DNA of 64,000 nucleotides from a virus (Duplodnaviria; Caudoviricetes): IMG/VR virus record IMGVR_UViG_2879998633_000003, positions 50,741 to 114,740 of that record; one strand, 5' to 3'. Shown piece by piece: positions 9,405 to 17,557 of this stretch (position 1 is its first letter; each line of letters starts with the position of its first letter). The notes under the pieces were generated by a model. It saw only the letters and a program-made list of their open reading frames with translations, ran no database searches and was not told where the DNA came from. The position numbers and the translations under genes were made by a program.

Positions 9405-10670
9405 TCACCTGACTTTGAGCAGGTCACTGTATCTTGTGGTATACCGAGGCGAAAGCATTTCTCGCTTCATCTGCCAGGTAGTCTGAATCCCCTGCCCTGC
9501 AAAATACAGCGTACCCCTACCATCCTTCGCATTGAGATGATCGAGTACTTCCATGAGCTTTTCACTGTTCTTCCGTGGCGCGTTGTCGTCGAAGAGGTTG
9601 AGCTGCGCTACGCCCTGGCTGTAGAAATCTCCCAGCATTACTCCTGCTTTCTGGTAGCGATGCCCGTCTCGCCAGATTGCATCGAGGCATTTTATCGCCG
9701 CGGTGATAATGTCCCGGCTATCCTGGGTCGGTGTAAGCAGCTTTACTGATGCACTGTTGCCGTAATACGGCTCGTTCAGCGCGAAAGGACTCGTTTTGAC
9801 AAATGCGGAGATAAATCGGCAATACTGGTGCTCACCACGGAGTTTCTCCGCTGCACGTGAGGCGTAGCTGCAGATCGCCTGCCTCATCTCATGGTATTCA
9901 GTGATACGGCCGCCGAACGAACGGCTGCACACGATTTCCTGCTTTACCGGTGCGAACTCCTCCAGCCCGAGGCATGGCTCTCCGCGCAACTCCCGCACTG
10001 TTCTTTCCAGCATGACGTTAAAATGCTTCCTGATAAAGCGAATATCCGTATCGGCTAATTTAAGCACCGTGTCTATCCCCATGGCCTCCAGTTTTTTACT
10101 GATGCGGCGCCCGACGCCCCAGACCTCATGCACCGGAAGCAAAGCCATCAACTTCCTCTGTCTTTCCTGATTAGACAGATCCACCACTCCTCCGGTCTGC
10201 CGCTGCCACTGTTTCGCCGCGTGATTGGCCAGCTTTGCCAGGGTTTTAGTCTGGGCTATGCCGACGCCGACCGTGAGGTGCGTCCTGCGCAGAACCGTCT
10301 CGCGAATTTCCCTGCCAAAATCGGTAAGATCGCGACAGTTACGCACACCAGTAAGATCGCAAAATGCCTCATCAATACTGTAAATTTCACAGCGTGGAGA
10401 GAGTTCCTCCAGCGTTGTCATCACTCGGTTGGACATATCGGCATAAAGCTCATAGTTGCTGCTAAACGCGATAATACCGTGCCGGCGAAACATGTCCTTT
10501 TGCTTGAAATAAGGCTCACCCATTTTGACGAAGGGCTTCGCCTCTGGCGAGCGGGCGATCACACAGCCGTCGTTGTTTGACAGAACGACCACCGGACGCC
10601 CTTTCAGGTCAGGACGAAATACGGTCTCGCACGATGCATAAAATGAATTCACATCACAAAGCGCAAACAT
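9405..10670 (-). CDS. umuC: DNA polymerase V subunit UmuC
   Basis: MFALCDVNSFYASCE, YSIDEAF, WQMKREMLSPRYTT. Confidence 0.97.
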   Translation of the reverse strand: MFALCDVNSFYASCETVFRPDLKGRPVVVLSNNDGCVIARSPEAKPFVKMGEPYFKQKDMFRRHGIIAFSSNYELYADMSNRVMTTLEELSPRCEIYSIDEAFCDLTGVRNCRDLTDFGREIRETVLRRTHLTVGVGIAQTKTLAKLANHAAKQWQRQTGGVVDLSNQERQRKLMALLPVHEVWGVGRRISKKLEAMGIDTVLKLADTDIRFIRKHFNVMLERTVRELRGEPCLGLEEFAPVKQEIVCSRSFGGRITEYHEMRQAICSYASRAAEKLRGEHQYCRFISAFVKTSPFALNEPYYGNSASVKLLTPTQDSRDIITAAIKCLDAIWRDGHRYQKAGVMLGDFYSQGVAQLNLFDDNAPRKNSEKLMEVLDHLNAKDGRGTLYFAGQGIQTTWQMKREMLSPRYTTRYSDLLKVR

Positions 10671-10671
10671 C

Positions 10672-11091
10672 TTAGCCAGCTGATTTAATGATGTACGTAA
10701 CCACCCCGAACACGTCGAGAGAGTCCTCACTACCGACGACTATTGGCGAATATGCAGGGTTCATTGGGTTAAGCTGAACCCGCGGATGCAGTTGCAGCTT
10801 CTTAACGGTGAATTCCCCATCCACAGCAGCAATAACGATATCGCCATGAACTGCTGTTCTTGAGCTATCCACGACCAGAAGATCACCTTCCCCTATGCCT
10901 GCGTCTTTCATGCTGTCGCCGGCGGCTTTGACAAAATACGTCGCACTTGGGTGGTTAACGAGCAACTCGTTCAGATCAATACGTTGCTCAACATAATCCT
11001 GCGCTGGACTAGGAAAGCCGCACTGCACAAGGTCACTGTACAACGGGAGCAGCATGATCTGGCGTAACTCAACGGGCGTGTAGAACTGCAT
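10672..11091 (-). CDS. umuD: DNA polymerase V subunit UmuD
   Basis: CGFPSPA cleavage site, GDSM, FTVKKL. Confidence 0.96.
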   Translation of the reverse strand: MQFYTPVELRQIMLLPLYSDLVQCGFPSPAQDYVEQRIDLNELLVNHPSATYFVKAAGDSMKDAGIGEGDLLVVDSSRTAVHGDIVIAAVDGEFTVKKLQLHPRVQLNPMNPAYSPIVVGSEDSLDVFGVVTYIIKSAG

Positions 11092-11112
11092 AATAAACTC
11101 GCTCACAAAACA

Positions 11113-11128
11113 CTGTTTTTATATACAG
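11113..11128. promoter_or_regulatory. LexA (SOS) box
   Basis: CTGTTTTTATATACAG (CTG-N10-CAG) upstream of umuD. Confidence 0.88.
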
Positions 11129-11302
11129 TAGTTTTATTCGCTAATCTGATCAATAGAGGTTTTAACTATCAATCAGGAACACAGAGGGGGAAATCAATCA
11201 CCTTTGAGCCCCTGATATTGGTTTCACTTAGTGATTATGTTGTCTATGTGCCTGCTTTGAACTATCTTTTCTCAAAACCTGCCACTGCAAAATGGATATA
11301 AG

Positions 11303-11428
11303 ATGTCACAGACGGACTTGCTGATTGTTGTTTTTACGCTGGCCATTTTAGCCTTTGGCTATTCCATATGGTTCATTTCGAACAGAATACTCTGCTCAAT
11401 ATTTCATAGACTTACAAAGAATGTATGA
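11303..11428 (+). CDS. 41-aa single-TM peptide
   Basis: MSQTDLLIVVFTLAILAFGYSIWFISNRILCSIFHRLTKNV*; below ORF-track cutoff. Confidence 0.45.
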   Translation: MSQTDLLIVVFTLAILAFGYSIWFISNRILCSIFHRLTKNV

Positions 11429-11569
11429 ATTGGGATGGTATAGACTCAAATTCATGATCCTTGTTCCTCGACATCGGAAGGTACTTACAGACCGTCTTCG
11501 CTCTTAACCTATCACATCGGCACCTCCTCCATGATGTAACAACTCAGACCAGAAATATCTGGAAACTTT

Positions 11570-11675
11570 AGGCATCTTCTTAGAAGATGGACGAGCGCAA
11601 AGACGCACACAGCAATGATGTTATGTAGTATTTTCCCCTTGAGTGTGCCTGCTCAAGGGGATTTTTTATCGCCGT
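11570..11675 (-). ncRNA. RprA-like small RNA
   Basis: ACGGCGATAAA...AAATCCCC...ATTGCTGTGTGCGTCTTTGC...CATCTT/AAGATG hairpin, resembling RprA blocks and length as recalled. Confidence 0.5.
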
Positions 11676-11751
11676 ATTGTACCGGAAAATATTTGTAAAT
11701 AGTCTTCACCCCCACGCCTGTCACATCGGCCACACGCTAATGGACAGGCGG

Positions 11752-12174
11752 TTAGTCCGGTATGTTTCTCGCGCTACTACTGCTTACGTTAACGTCTGGT
11801 AATGATCTAGCGGCGCGACGTAAAGCGGCGTTGAAAGCAATTATAGTGACCGGCCGGCGATGGTACTTCACACGGTTAGAATGACTCTGAAATAAATAAA
11901 CATCTTCTGGATAGCGTTCTCTTCTACGAGCAATCATCGCCCCCACTGGAGGGGTTGATTCAACACGTAGCTCCTTCAGGTGACCCTGTTTTCGTATCAG
12001 TATCAAGTCACCATCAATATCATCATATCGAATACTCAGCAGCCTTCCAGCGCTTAAACCCGTGTGAAAAATTAACGCCCACAAGTCAGCCCATGTATCT
12101 GAGATGGAAACAAGATTGCTGTTAATAGTTAAAAATTGCTCAAAACTTATTGTTTTCTTACCGTTCACGAACAA
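11752..12174 (-). CDS. Truncated tyrosine-recombinase-fold protein lacking catalytic residues
   Basis: LIFHTGLSAGRLLSIRYDDID box-I-like; YLFQS; ends SSAR with no Tyr box. Confidence 0.6.
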   Translation of the reverse strand: MFVNGKKTISFEQFLTINSNLVSISDTWADLWALIFHTGLSAGRLLSIRYDDIDGDLILIRKQGHLKELRVESTPPVGAMIARRRERYPEDVYLFQSHSNRVKYHRRPVTIIAFNAALRRAARSLPDVNVSSSSARNIPD

Positions 12175-12224
12175 ACCAAACTGTTTTCAAAACTGAAATA
12201 ACTTATTATCTCAAATGTTACATA

Positions 12225-12803
12225 TCACGGGAAGGGCAGGAATCCTTGATCACGGACGGCAGCAGGAAAGTATTTGTAGATCGTCTTCACTCCCACCCCT
12301 ATCACATCTGCGATCTGGTGCCGGGTTGCGCCGTTCTCCAGCATTCTGCGGCATCTCTCCACCACTTCTTCAGTCATTACCCGGCGGCGGCCGCCGACTC
12401 TCCCCTGCTCCCTCGCTGCAGCCAACCCGGCTCGGGTGCGCTCCACTATCAGCTCGCGCTCCATCTCCGCCAGGGCGCTCATGACGTGGAAGAAGAATCG
12501 CCCTGCTGGCGTCGAAGTGTCGATCGAGTCGGTCAGGCTGCGAAAATTCACCCCGCGCGCCTGCAGCTCCGACACCAGAGTGATGAGGTCACGAACACTA
12601 CGCCCAAGGCGATCCAGCTTCCAGACCACAAGAGAATCACCTGGTTTTAAACGACGCATAGCACGCCTCAGCCCTGGGCGCCTGGAATTTTTCCCGCTCG
12701 CTGTATCTTCGAAAATCTGCTCACATTCTGCGCGGATCAGCGCGTTTCTCTGCAAATCGAGGTTTTGATCGCCGGTAGACACCCGCGCGTAGCCAATCAG
12801 CAT
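12225..12803 (-). CDS. Serine DNA invertase (Pin/Gin/Hin family)
   Basis: MLIGYARVSTGDQN, VWKLDRLGRS, C-terminal HTH. Confidence 0.95.
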   Translation of the reverse strand: MLIGYARVSTGDQNLDLQRNALIRAECEQIFEDTASGKNSRRPGLRRAMRRLKPGDSLVVWKLDRLGRSVRDLITLVSELQARGVNFRSLTDSIDTSTPAGRFFFHVMSALAEMERELIVERTRAGLAAAREQGRVGGRRRVMTEEVVERCRRMLENGATRHQIADVIGVGVKTIYKYFPAAVRDQGFLPFP

Positions 12804-12846
12804 TATGCAACCCTTTGAAAATGCTGATTGTAAATTGCCTATCTTA

Positions 12847-12872
12847 TTCGCGTAAACCTGGGTTCAGGCGAA
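12847..12872 (+). repeat. Left inversion site (hix/gix-like)
   Basis: TTCGCGTAAACC-TG-GGTTCAGGCGAA; inverted partner at 17062-17087. Confidence 0.9.
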
Positions 12873-14858
12873 GGGTTCAGTTTGGTTGGAAAATGCCCCA
12901 ACATTTCCACCCTCAGAGCCATCGAACCTTCCTATAACGGGCAGTCCATCATTCTGGAGCGGGCGGCCGCAGGGGCGGCCACCGTCAATGCCATTCTTAC
13001 GCATGATCCGACAGACACAACGTCACCGGACGATGGCATTTCAATCTTTGTAACGCCAGGTGGCGCCCGATGGAAAGCTGATATCAGCCAGGGGTACGAT
13101 CTGAGACTGGCTGGTATTCTCGTTGATGGTTCAAACTTTAGTCCTGTATTAAAAAAGGCCAGGGACGCAATCATTAATAAGGTCGTTGCCAGTGGGCGGG
13201 TTAACAACGTAGCCAGCATCATTAAAATAGTACCGACTAACTTTATCTGTGAGTTTAAAATAACAGAGAAAGTAGACCTGCCGCCTTTTATTAGTTGCGG
13301 AACCATCGGCGGCCCATATTTTGAGGCTGGCGATTTTCTTGATGATTATAGCTTCAGGATTTCGAATCAGGATTTTCCTCAACTGACAAAGGCTATGTAT
13401 CAGGCAGAAACAAGCTGGAAGGGTGCTACAAGCAAATACTGGAATCAGGCGGTTGGTAATAAGCCATTTTTTGCGATGGACGGGCAGAGGATGACACTGC
13501 GTGGACCTGGTTACGCACTGGATTCCGGCGGTAATCCGACGATTGAAACTGTGGGGGTCATCTTCGGTAATGATGTTCCGTGTGAGCTTGATGTGCGGAA
13601 CTTAATGATTTGCGATATGAAAATCACAGGTTTTCATACCAACCATCGCTGGGGAACATATTACACCTTCATGTGCGGCTTCAGGGATTGTTATTTCTCA
13701 CGCTGCTGGAACGGGATGGAGGTGCCAGAAGCATTCTACAATTTCGGCGAAGATATGCGCTATGAAAACTGCACCTTCGGCAACATTGCGAATGATGCCT
13801 TCTGGATTAAGGGTGGAGGGGAGTTCACCCTGGAGGGTGTTAAAACAGATTTTGTTGGTCGGCATATGCTGCGTATTGGTCCGCTTTCCCCGGTTGAATT
13901 TAAATATGTTTCAGGGCACATAGAAGGCATTCAGGGGCGGACTGTCTTCAAAGATGCCCCGCAAAGCTATTCGCAATCAACGGTTCTCATTGGCAAAGCT
14001 GTGAAGAGGGACGTAAGGAGGACGCTTGCTGGCCTGAGCGCTGAGTACTATGGCATCTATCAGGAATACGAGTGTCCGAGTTCGGTTTACGGTCAGTCTC
14101 TGAAAGTCACCGACGAATCGCATACGTCTGGCCGGGCGGGGATCAAACCCAACACGCCTTACCCCACGCTGGCGGGGCCGCCGGGTAACACTGGCGTATA
14201 TCTAAAAACTCCACGGGGAATCGATCTAAGGACGCCATTTCCCAACAGCTACAGCGATGCCTGCTCAAACAGGATAAACCGCGTTCTTGGGTTTACTGAG
14301 TTAAGTACGGGTGATGTTGGTGGTGATTTGCTCTCTACTGATTACGCATGGGCCGCTCTAAAAACCGGCAATGCGAAATGCCGCTATGGCACGATGGCAG
14401 ATGCTGACCCTGACGGCTATATGCCGTTTATCATTGAACTTACTGACCCAACGGAGGTGGTGCAGCTGTTCTGTACGAATGAAGCAAAAGCAGGTACCAG
14501 CCTTGAGTTGATTTGGGGTACTGCATCGATCCGCATAGCTGATGCTGTGGGCGATGTTATGGTTTCTTCAGTGATGGCATGTTATCTGCGCAACAGCGTA
14601 AGGGTAACTCAGGACGCTGATACGAAGGTGTTTACAGCAACCAGCACCCCTATACGTCGAACCTTTTCTGAAAGTGCGGCAATAAACATGACAACTCAAC
14701 GACAGGGGATGCCGATTACCAGTGCTGATTACCAGGCAATGCTCCCTCAGGCGGCCAGCAACTACTGGCAGGGGAATGACTTCATCCAGCCGGGTTTAAA
14801 ATTCACAGGCTTTACCGGGCGGATTTACGTTACCCGTCCGTTCTGGTACTTACCGTAA
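12855..14858 (+). CDS. Silent alternative tailspike/depolymerase C-terminal module, without its own N-terminus
   Basis: Frame open from the inversion site (NLGSGEGFSLVGKCP...); LRAIEP...GGARWK tailspike domain then beta-helix-like sequence; opposite strand to tail operon. Confidence 0.8.
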   Translation, partial: NLGSGEGFSLVGKCPNISTLRAIEPSYNGQSIILERAAAGAATVNAILTHDPTDTTSPDDGISIFVTPGGARWKADISQGYDLRLAGILVDGSNFSPVLKKARDAIINKVVASGRVNNVASIIKIVPTNFICEFKITEKVDLPPFISCGTIGGPYFEAGDFLDDYSFRISNQDFPQLTKAMYQAETSWKGATSKYWNQAVGNKPFFAMDGQRMTLRGPGYALDSGGNPTIETVGVIFGNDVPCELDVRNLMICDMKITGFHTNHRWGTYYTFMCGFRDCYFSRCWNGMEVPEAFYNFGEDMRYENCTFGNIANDAFWIKGGGEFTLEGVKTDFVGRHMLRIGPLSPVEFKYVSGHIEGIQGRTVFKDAPQSYSQSTVLIGKAVKRDVRRTLAGLSAEYYGIYQEYECPSSVYGQSLKVTDESHTSGRAGIKPNTPYPTLAGPPGNTGVYLKTPRGIDLRTPFPNSYSDACSNRINRVLGFTELSTGDVGGDLLSTDYAWAALKTGNAKCRYGTMADADPDGYMPFIIELTDPTEVVQLFCTNEAKAGTSLELIWGTASIRIADAVGDVMVSSVMACYLRNSVRVTQDADTKVFTATSTPIRRTFSESAAINMTTQRQGMPITSADYQAMLPQAASNYWQGNDFIQPGLKFTGFTGRIYVTRPFWYLP

Positions 14859-14868
14859 GAGGTGATAC

Positions 14869-15072
14869 ATGCACTACTTCATTTATCCATCGACTTCCAA
14901 AATCGCTGATGGTGAGGCAGTTTTACTGGAGATAACCAGTAAGGAACGGGATGTTCAGTTATTCGCAGATTTTGACTGCGAGGATATTCTGGACGTTATC
15001 TTAACCGGTCAGGCTGCTCTGTTTAATGCAGGGTTTGATACATCCAGCACCGTTCTGAGCCTGCTTGATTGA
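14869..15072 (+). CDS. Small protein following the silent tailspike
   Basis: GAGGTG RBS; 67 aa. Confidence 0.65.
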   Translation: MHYFIYPSTSKIADGEAVLLEITSKERDVQLFADFDCEDILDVILTGQAALFNAGFDTSSTVLSLLD

Positions 15073-15077
15073 ATCAT

Positions 15078-15100
15078 ATCCCGCCATAACGGCGGGATAC
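15078..15100. terminator. Hairpin between the convergent halves of the invertible segment
   Basis: TATCCCGCC-ataac-GGCGGGATA. Confidence 0.7.
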
Positions 15101-15119
15101 ATTCATAAAATATACCTCC

Positions 15120-15362
15120 TCAACTCTCCGCAAAATCAGATTCGAATAGCTCTTTATCAATAAAGCTTTCAAAGCCCTCTCCGTTCAGCATGTAGTAACC
15201 TCCCGCTCTCGGCTTCTCACGCAAAACATAATCTGATGAAACCGCCAGTTCCTGCCCGTTACTGTCAGTTATGGTGGCGGTGTAATCCGGGTTAATGGCA
15301 ATGTTTTCAATAAGCATTGCCTGAACCGTTTTGTTTGAACGATACGTAATGAGTGCCATCAA
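15120..15362 (-). CDS. Small protein following the expressed tailspike
   Basis: GAGG RBS; 80 aa; KPRAGGYY...GFESF...FE motif. Confidence 0.65.
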   Translation of the reverse strand: MMALITYRSNKTVQAMLIENIAINPDYTATITDSNGQELAVSSDYVLREKPRAGGYYMLNGEGFESFIDKELFESDFAES

Positions 15363-15366
15363 TACC

Positions 15367-17496
15367 TCAACTGATACCTGAATCGAAACGAATTGCCAGC
15401 GTAACTGATGCGCTGCGACGGTTTTCTAAAACGATATACTGTCCACTCTGGTACACGCAGAGTTTGTTTGTGACTGACGCGTCAGGCTGCGCCTGAGAAA
15501 GATTGACTCCATCACCAATAATTCCCGTGGGTTTTGGCGCTTTGTTAGGCACGTTAAAGAACGAGCCGAAAAGGGTATTGTCATCTTCCAGGCCCGTAAT
15601 TTTGTACTCACCACGGCGGTTGTTTACTCCGGCGCCGACGATATGGGTGTAACTCGCACCTGCCGCTATAGTCACCGTAGGCGACACATAGCCTTTGTTA
15701 TACAGATACCCTTCGCTATACAACCGCATTATTTCTGTTGGTGCGGTTGACGGGTCTGCAGTGTTTCCCATTAAGAACTTCAGTACAGTACCAGTATCAG
15801 TCGTTCCGGTTATAGAATACTGTTCAGCCAAGGCTGAAACAGTTCTTTGTATGTTAGCCATTACAGACAGGCGCATCATGTTTCGGACGCTTGAGAAAGA
15901 TGTAAACGAACCGACCGGGGCACCATCGAAATATACTTCACGTGATGCGTTGGGGCTGTTGCTTAAGTCAATACCACCTGCAAAATTCGCAACCGATGCT
16001 CTCCCTGTATCAATGTAACCATTGAATCTGATATCTTTTACGATGCCCTCAATCTTGATAATCGGAGCCACATCATCCGCTCTTGGCCCAATGTGCGTTA
16101 TTTGTCCGCCATTGAAATGGACGCCAACGCTGGAAATGATATGAATCGCTGGCGCAATATTGGCATTTGCCACAAGCGAATTCCCATTCTCATCAACGAG
16201 GCTGTTATTGCGGTTTACGCTAGGCGTATCGACCGTAACTCCAACGCAGTTACTGATATAGAAATGCTGGCAATTCCAGTTTCTTGGTTCAACATGAGGC
16301 TGAATTAAACGAATGCTATGATGTTTATTGTTTGCAGTAGTACCGCCCATACAAACAAAACCACGGCAGGTATCTCCTCCGTTGTATTCCGTCGGTTCCA
16401 GCTGCAAGTGAATAAAAGTCAGGTTGTTGGAGTTATCATCTGCACGTTCCTGAATATATACCGAGTTTCTTCCCCAGTTCTGAATGTGCAAATTCACAAA
16501 GGTAGAATCCCAAGCATGGCCTACTACGAATGGGTTACTGAACCAACCTATTTTTACATCTTCAACATAAGACAAACGCACTGCACTTATTGTGGAAACT
16601 TCCCCGAGCTTGACGCCCATATAAGCATTTAAACCAGGACCAGATAATGACCATCCTTTCCACATAATGCGACACGTGCGAAACTCCATAACCCGGTCAT
16701 CTGCTGTATCAGAATAGAACCGAGTCTGGTTAGCACCATCACCAACCAGAGCATAAATGCTCATGCGAGACTCAGCCCCGCTTGTGTCAAGGTTCGTTAA
16801 AATCTCATTAATTTTTGAGACGTAATACGGATCATCCAAGCCTGGAGCATAAACCGCCTTGCGATACCTGGCTCCATCCTTCAACGCTTTTAGCAGTGCC
16901 GGCGCCCAGTCCAGCGTTGCTGGATCATCTGCCTTTGGAACACAAAGGTGTTTATATTCCCAGAGATTGATTTTCTGAGCGGACATAAACACTGCGACGC
17001 TTGCTGCAACATCGCAGGAATAGTTCCTGGCCCATGCAACTAAATACCCTCCCTGACCCTCTTCGCTTGAACCCAGGTTTGAGCGAAGAGCCGCGTCACC
17101 GATGTTCGACCATTTCCCTGTGGGGTTTGCAGCCGACCATACACCGCCATCGTTCTCAGGAGAATCCCCGGCAATGACGTGCTCAAGCTCGCCAAGGTAT
17201 TTGTACCAGGAGCCATTGTAGTAGACGATTTGCTGGCGATTATCTACAACCAGACCAACAGCCCAGTTGCCAAGCTCCTGCCAGCCGATAGCTGCAACTG
17301 CCTGCTCGCCGCGACCAGTGATGTAGTCTATAAAGTGGCTGAAGATCATCTCCATGCCGTGCCAGGTTTTGCGCAGTACACCAAAGCGATCAGGTAATGA
17401 TTCCGATTCCCGGCCATTGACTAACTTATCGAGGTTAGTTGCATTCTTAAGCAATACCTCTGGTGATGACGAGCCAAGTTTTTCGATGTTGGCCAT
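15367..17496 (-). CDS. Tailspike/putative capsule depolymerase in the expressed orientation
   Basis: ~140-aa N-terminal anchor ending GDAALRSNLGS, then pectate-lyase-like beta-helix (LVGDGANQT). Confidence 0.85.
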   Translation of the reverse strand: MANIEKLGSSSPEVLLKNATNLDKLVNGRESESLPDRFGVLRKTWHGMEMIFSHFIDYITGRGEQAVAAIGWQELGNWAVGLVVDNRQQIVYYNGSWYKYLGELEHVIAGDSPENDGGVWSAANPTGKWSNIGDAALRSNLGSSEEGQGGYLVAWARNYSCDVAASVAVFMSAQKINLWEYKHLCVPKADDPATLDWAPALLKALKDGARYRKAVYAPGLDDPYYVSKINEILTNLDTSGAESRMSIYALVGDGANQTRFYSDTADDRVMEFRTCRIMWKGWSLSGPGLNAYMGVKLGEVSTISAVRLSYVEDVKIGWFSNPFVVGHAWDSTFVNLHIQNWGRNSVYIQERADDNSNNLTFIHLQLEPTEYNGGDTCRGFVCMGGTTANNKHHSIRLIQPHVEPRNWNCQHFYISNCVGVTVDTPSVNRNNSLVDENGNSLVANANIAPAIHIISSVGVHFNGGQITHIGPRADDVAPIIKIEGIVKDIRFNGYIDTGRASVANFAGGIDLSNSPNASREVYFDGAPVGSFTSFSSVRNMMRLSVMANIQRTVSALAEQYSITGTTDTGTVLKFLMGNTADPSTAPTEIMRLYSEGYLYNKGYVSPTVTIAAGASYTHIVGAGVNNRRGEYKITGLEDDNTLFGSFFNVPNKAPKPTGIIGDGVNLSQAQPDASVTNKLCVYQSGQYIVLENRRSASVTLAIRFDSGIS
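17062..17087 (-). repeat. Right inversion site inside the tailspike gene
   Basis: Minus strand TTCGCTCAAACC-TG-GGTTCAAGCGAA, 23/26 identical to the left site. Confidence 0.9.
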
Positions 17497-17557
17497 ACAT
17501 TGTGCTCCAAAAATGAAAAAACCCGCCGAAGCGGGTGAATTGATTTTTTTGAAATTG

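Noticed and set aside
11259-11288. RybB-like seed GCCACTGC after a sigmaE-like GAACT...TCAAA
   Set aside because: Promoter spacing far too short and no further RybB similarity
12882-14858. Independent plus-strand gene starting at TTG 12882
   Set aside because: Frame is open back to the inversion site and lacks the anchor domain; better explained as a silent cassette
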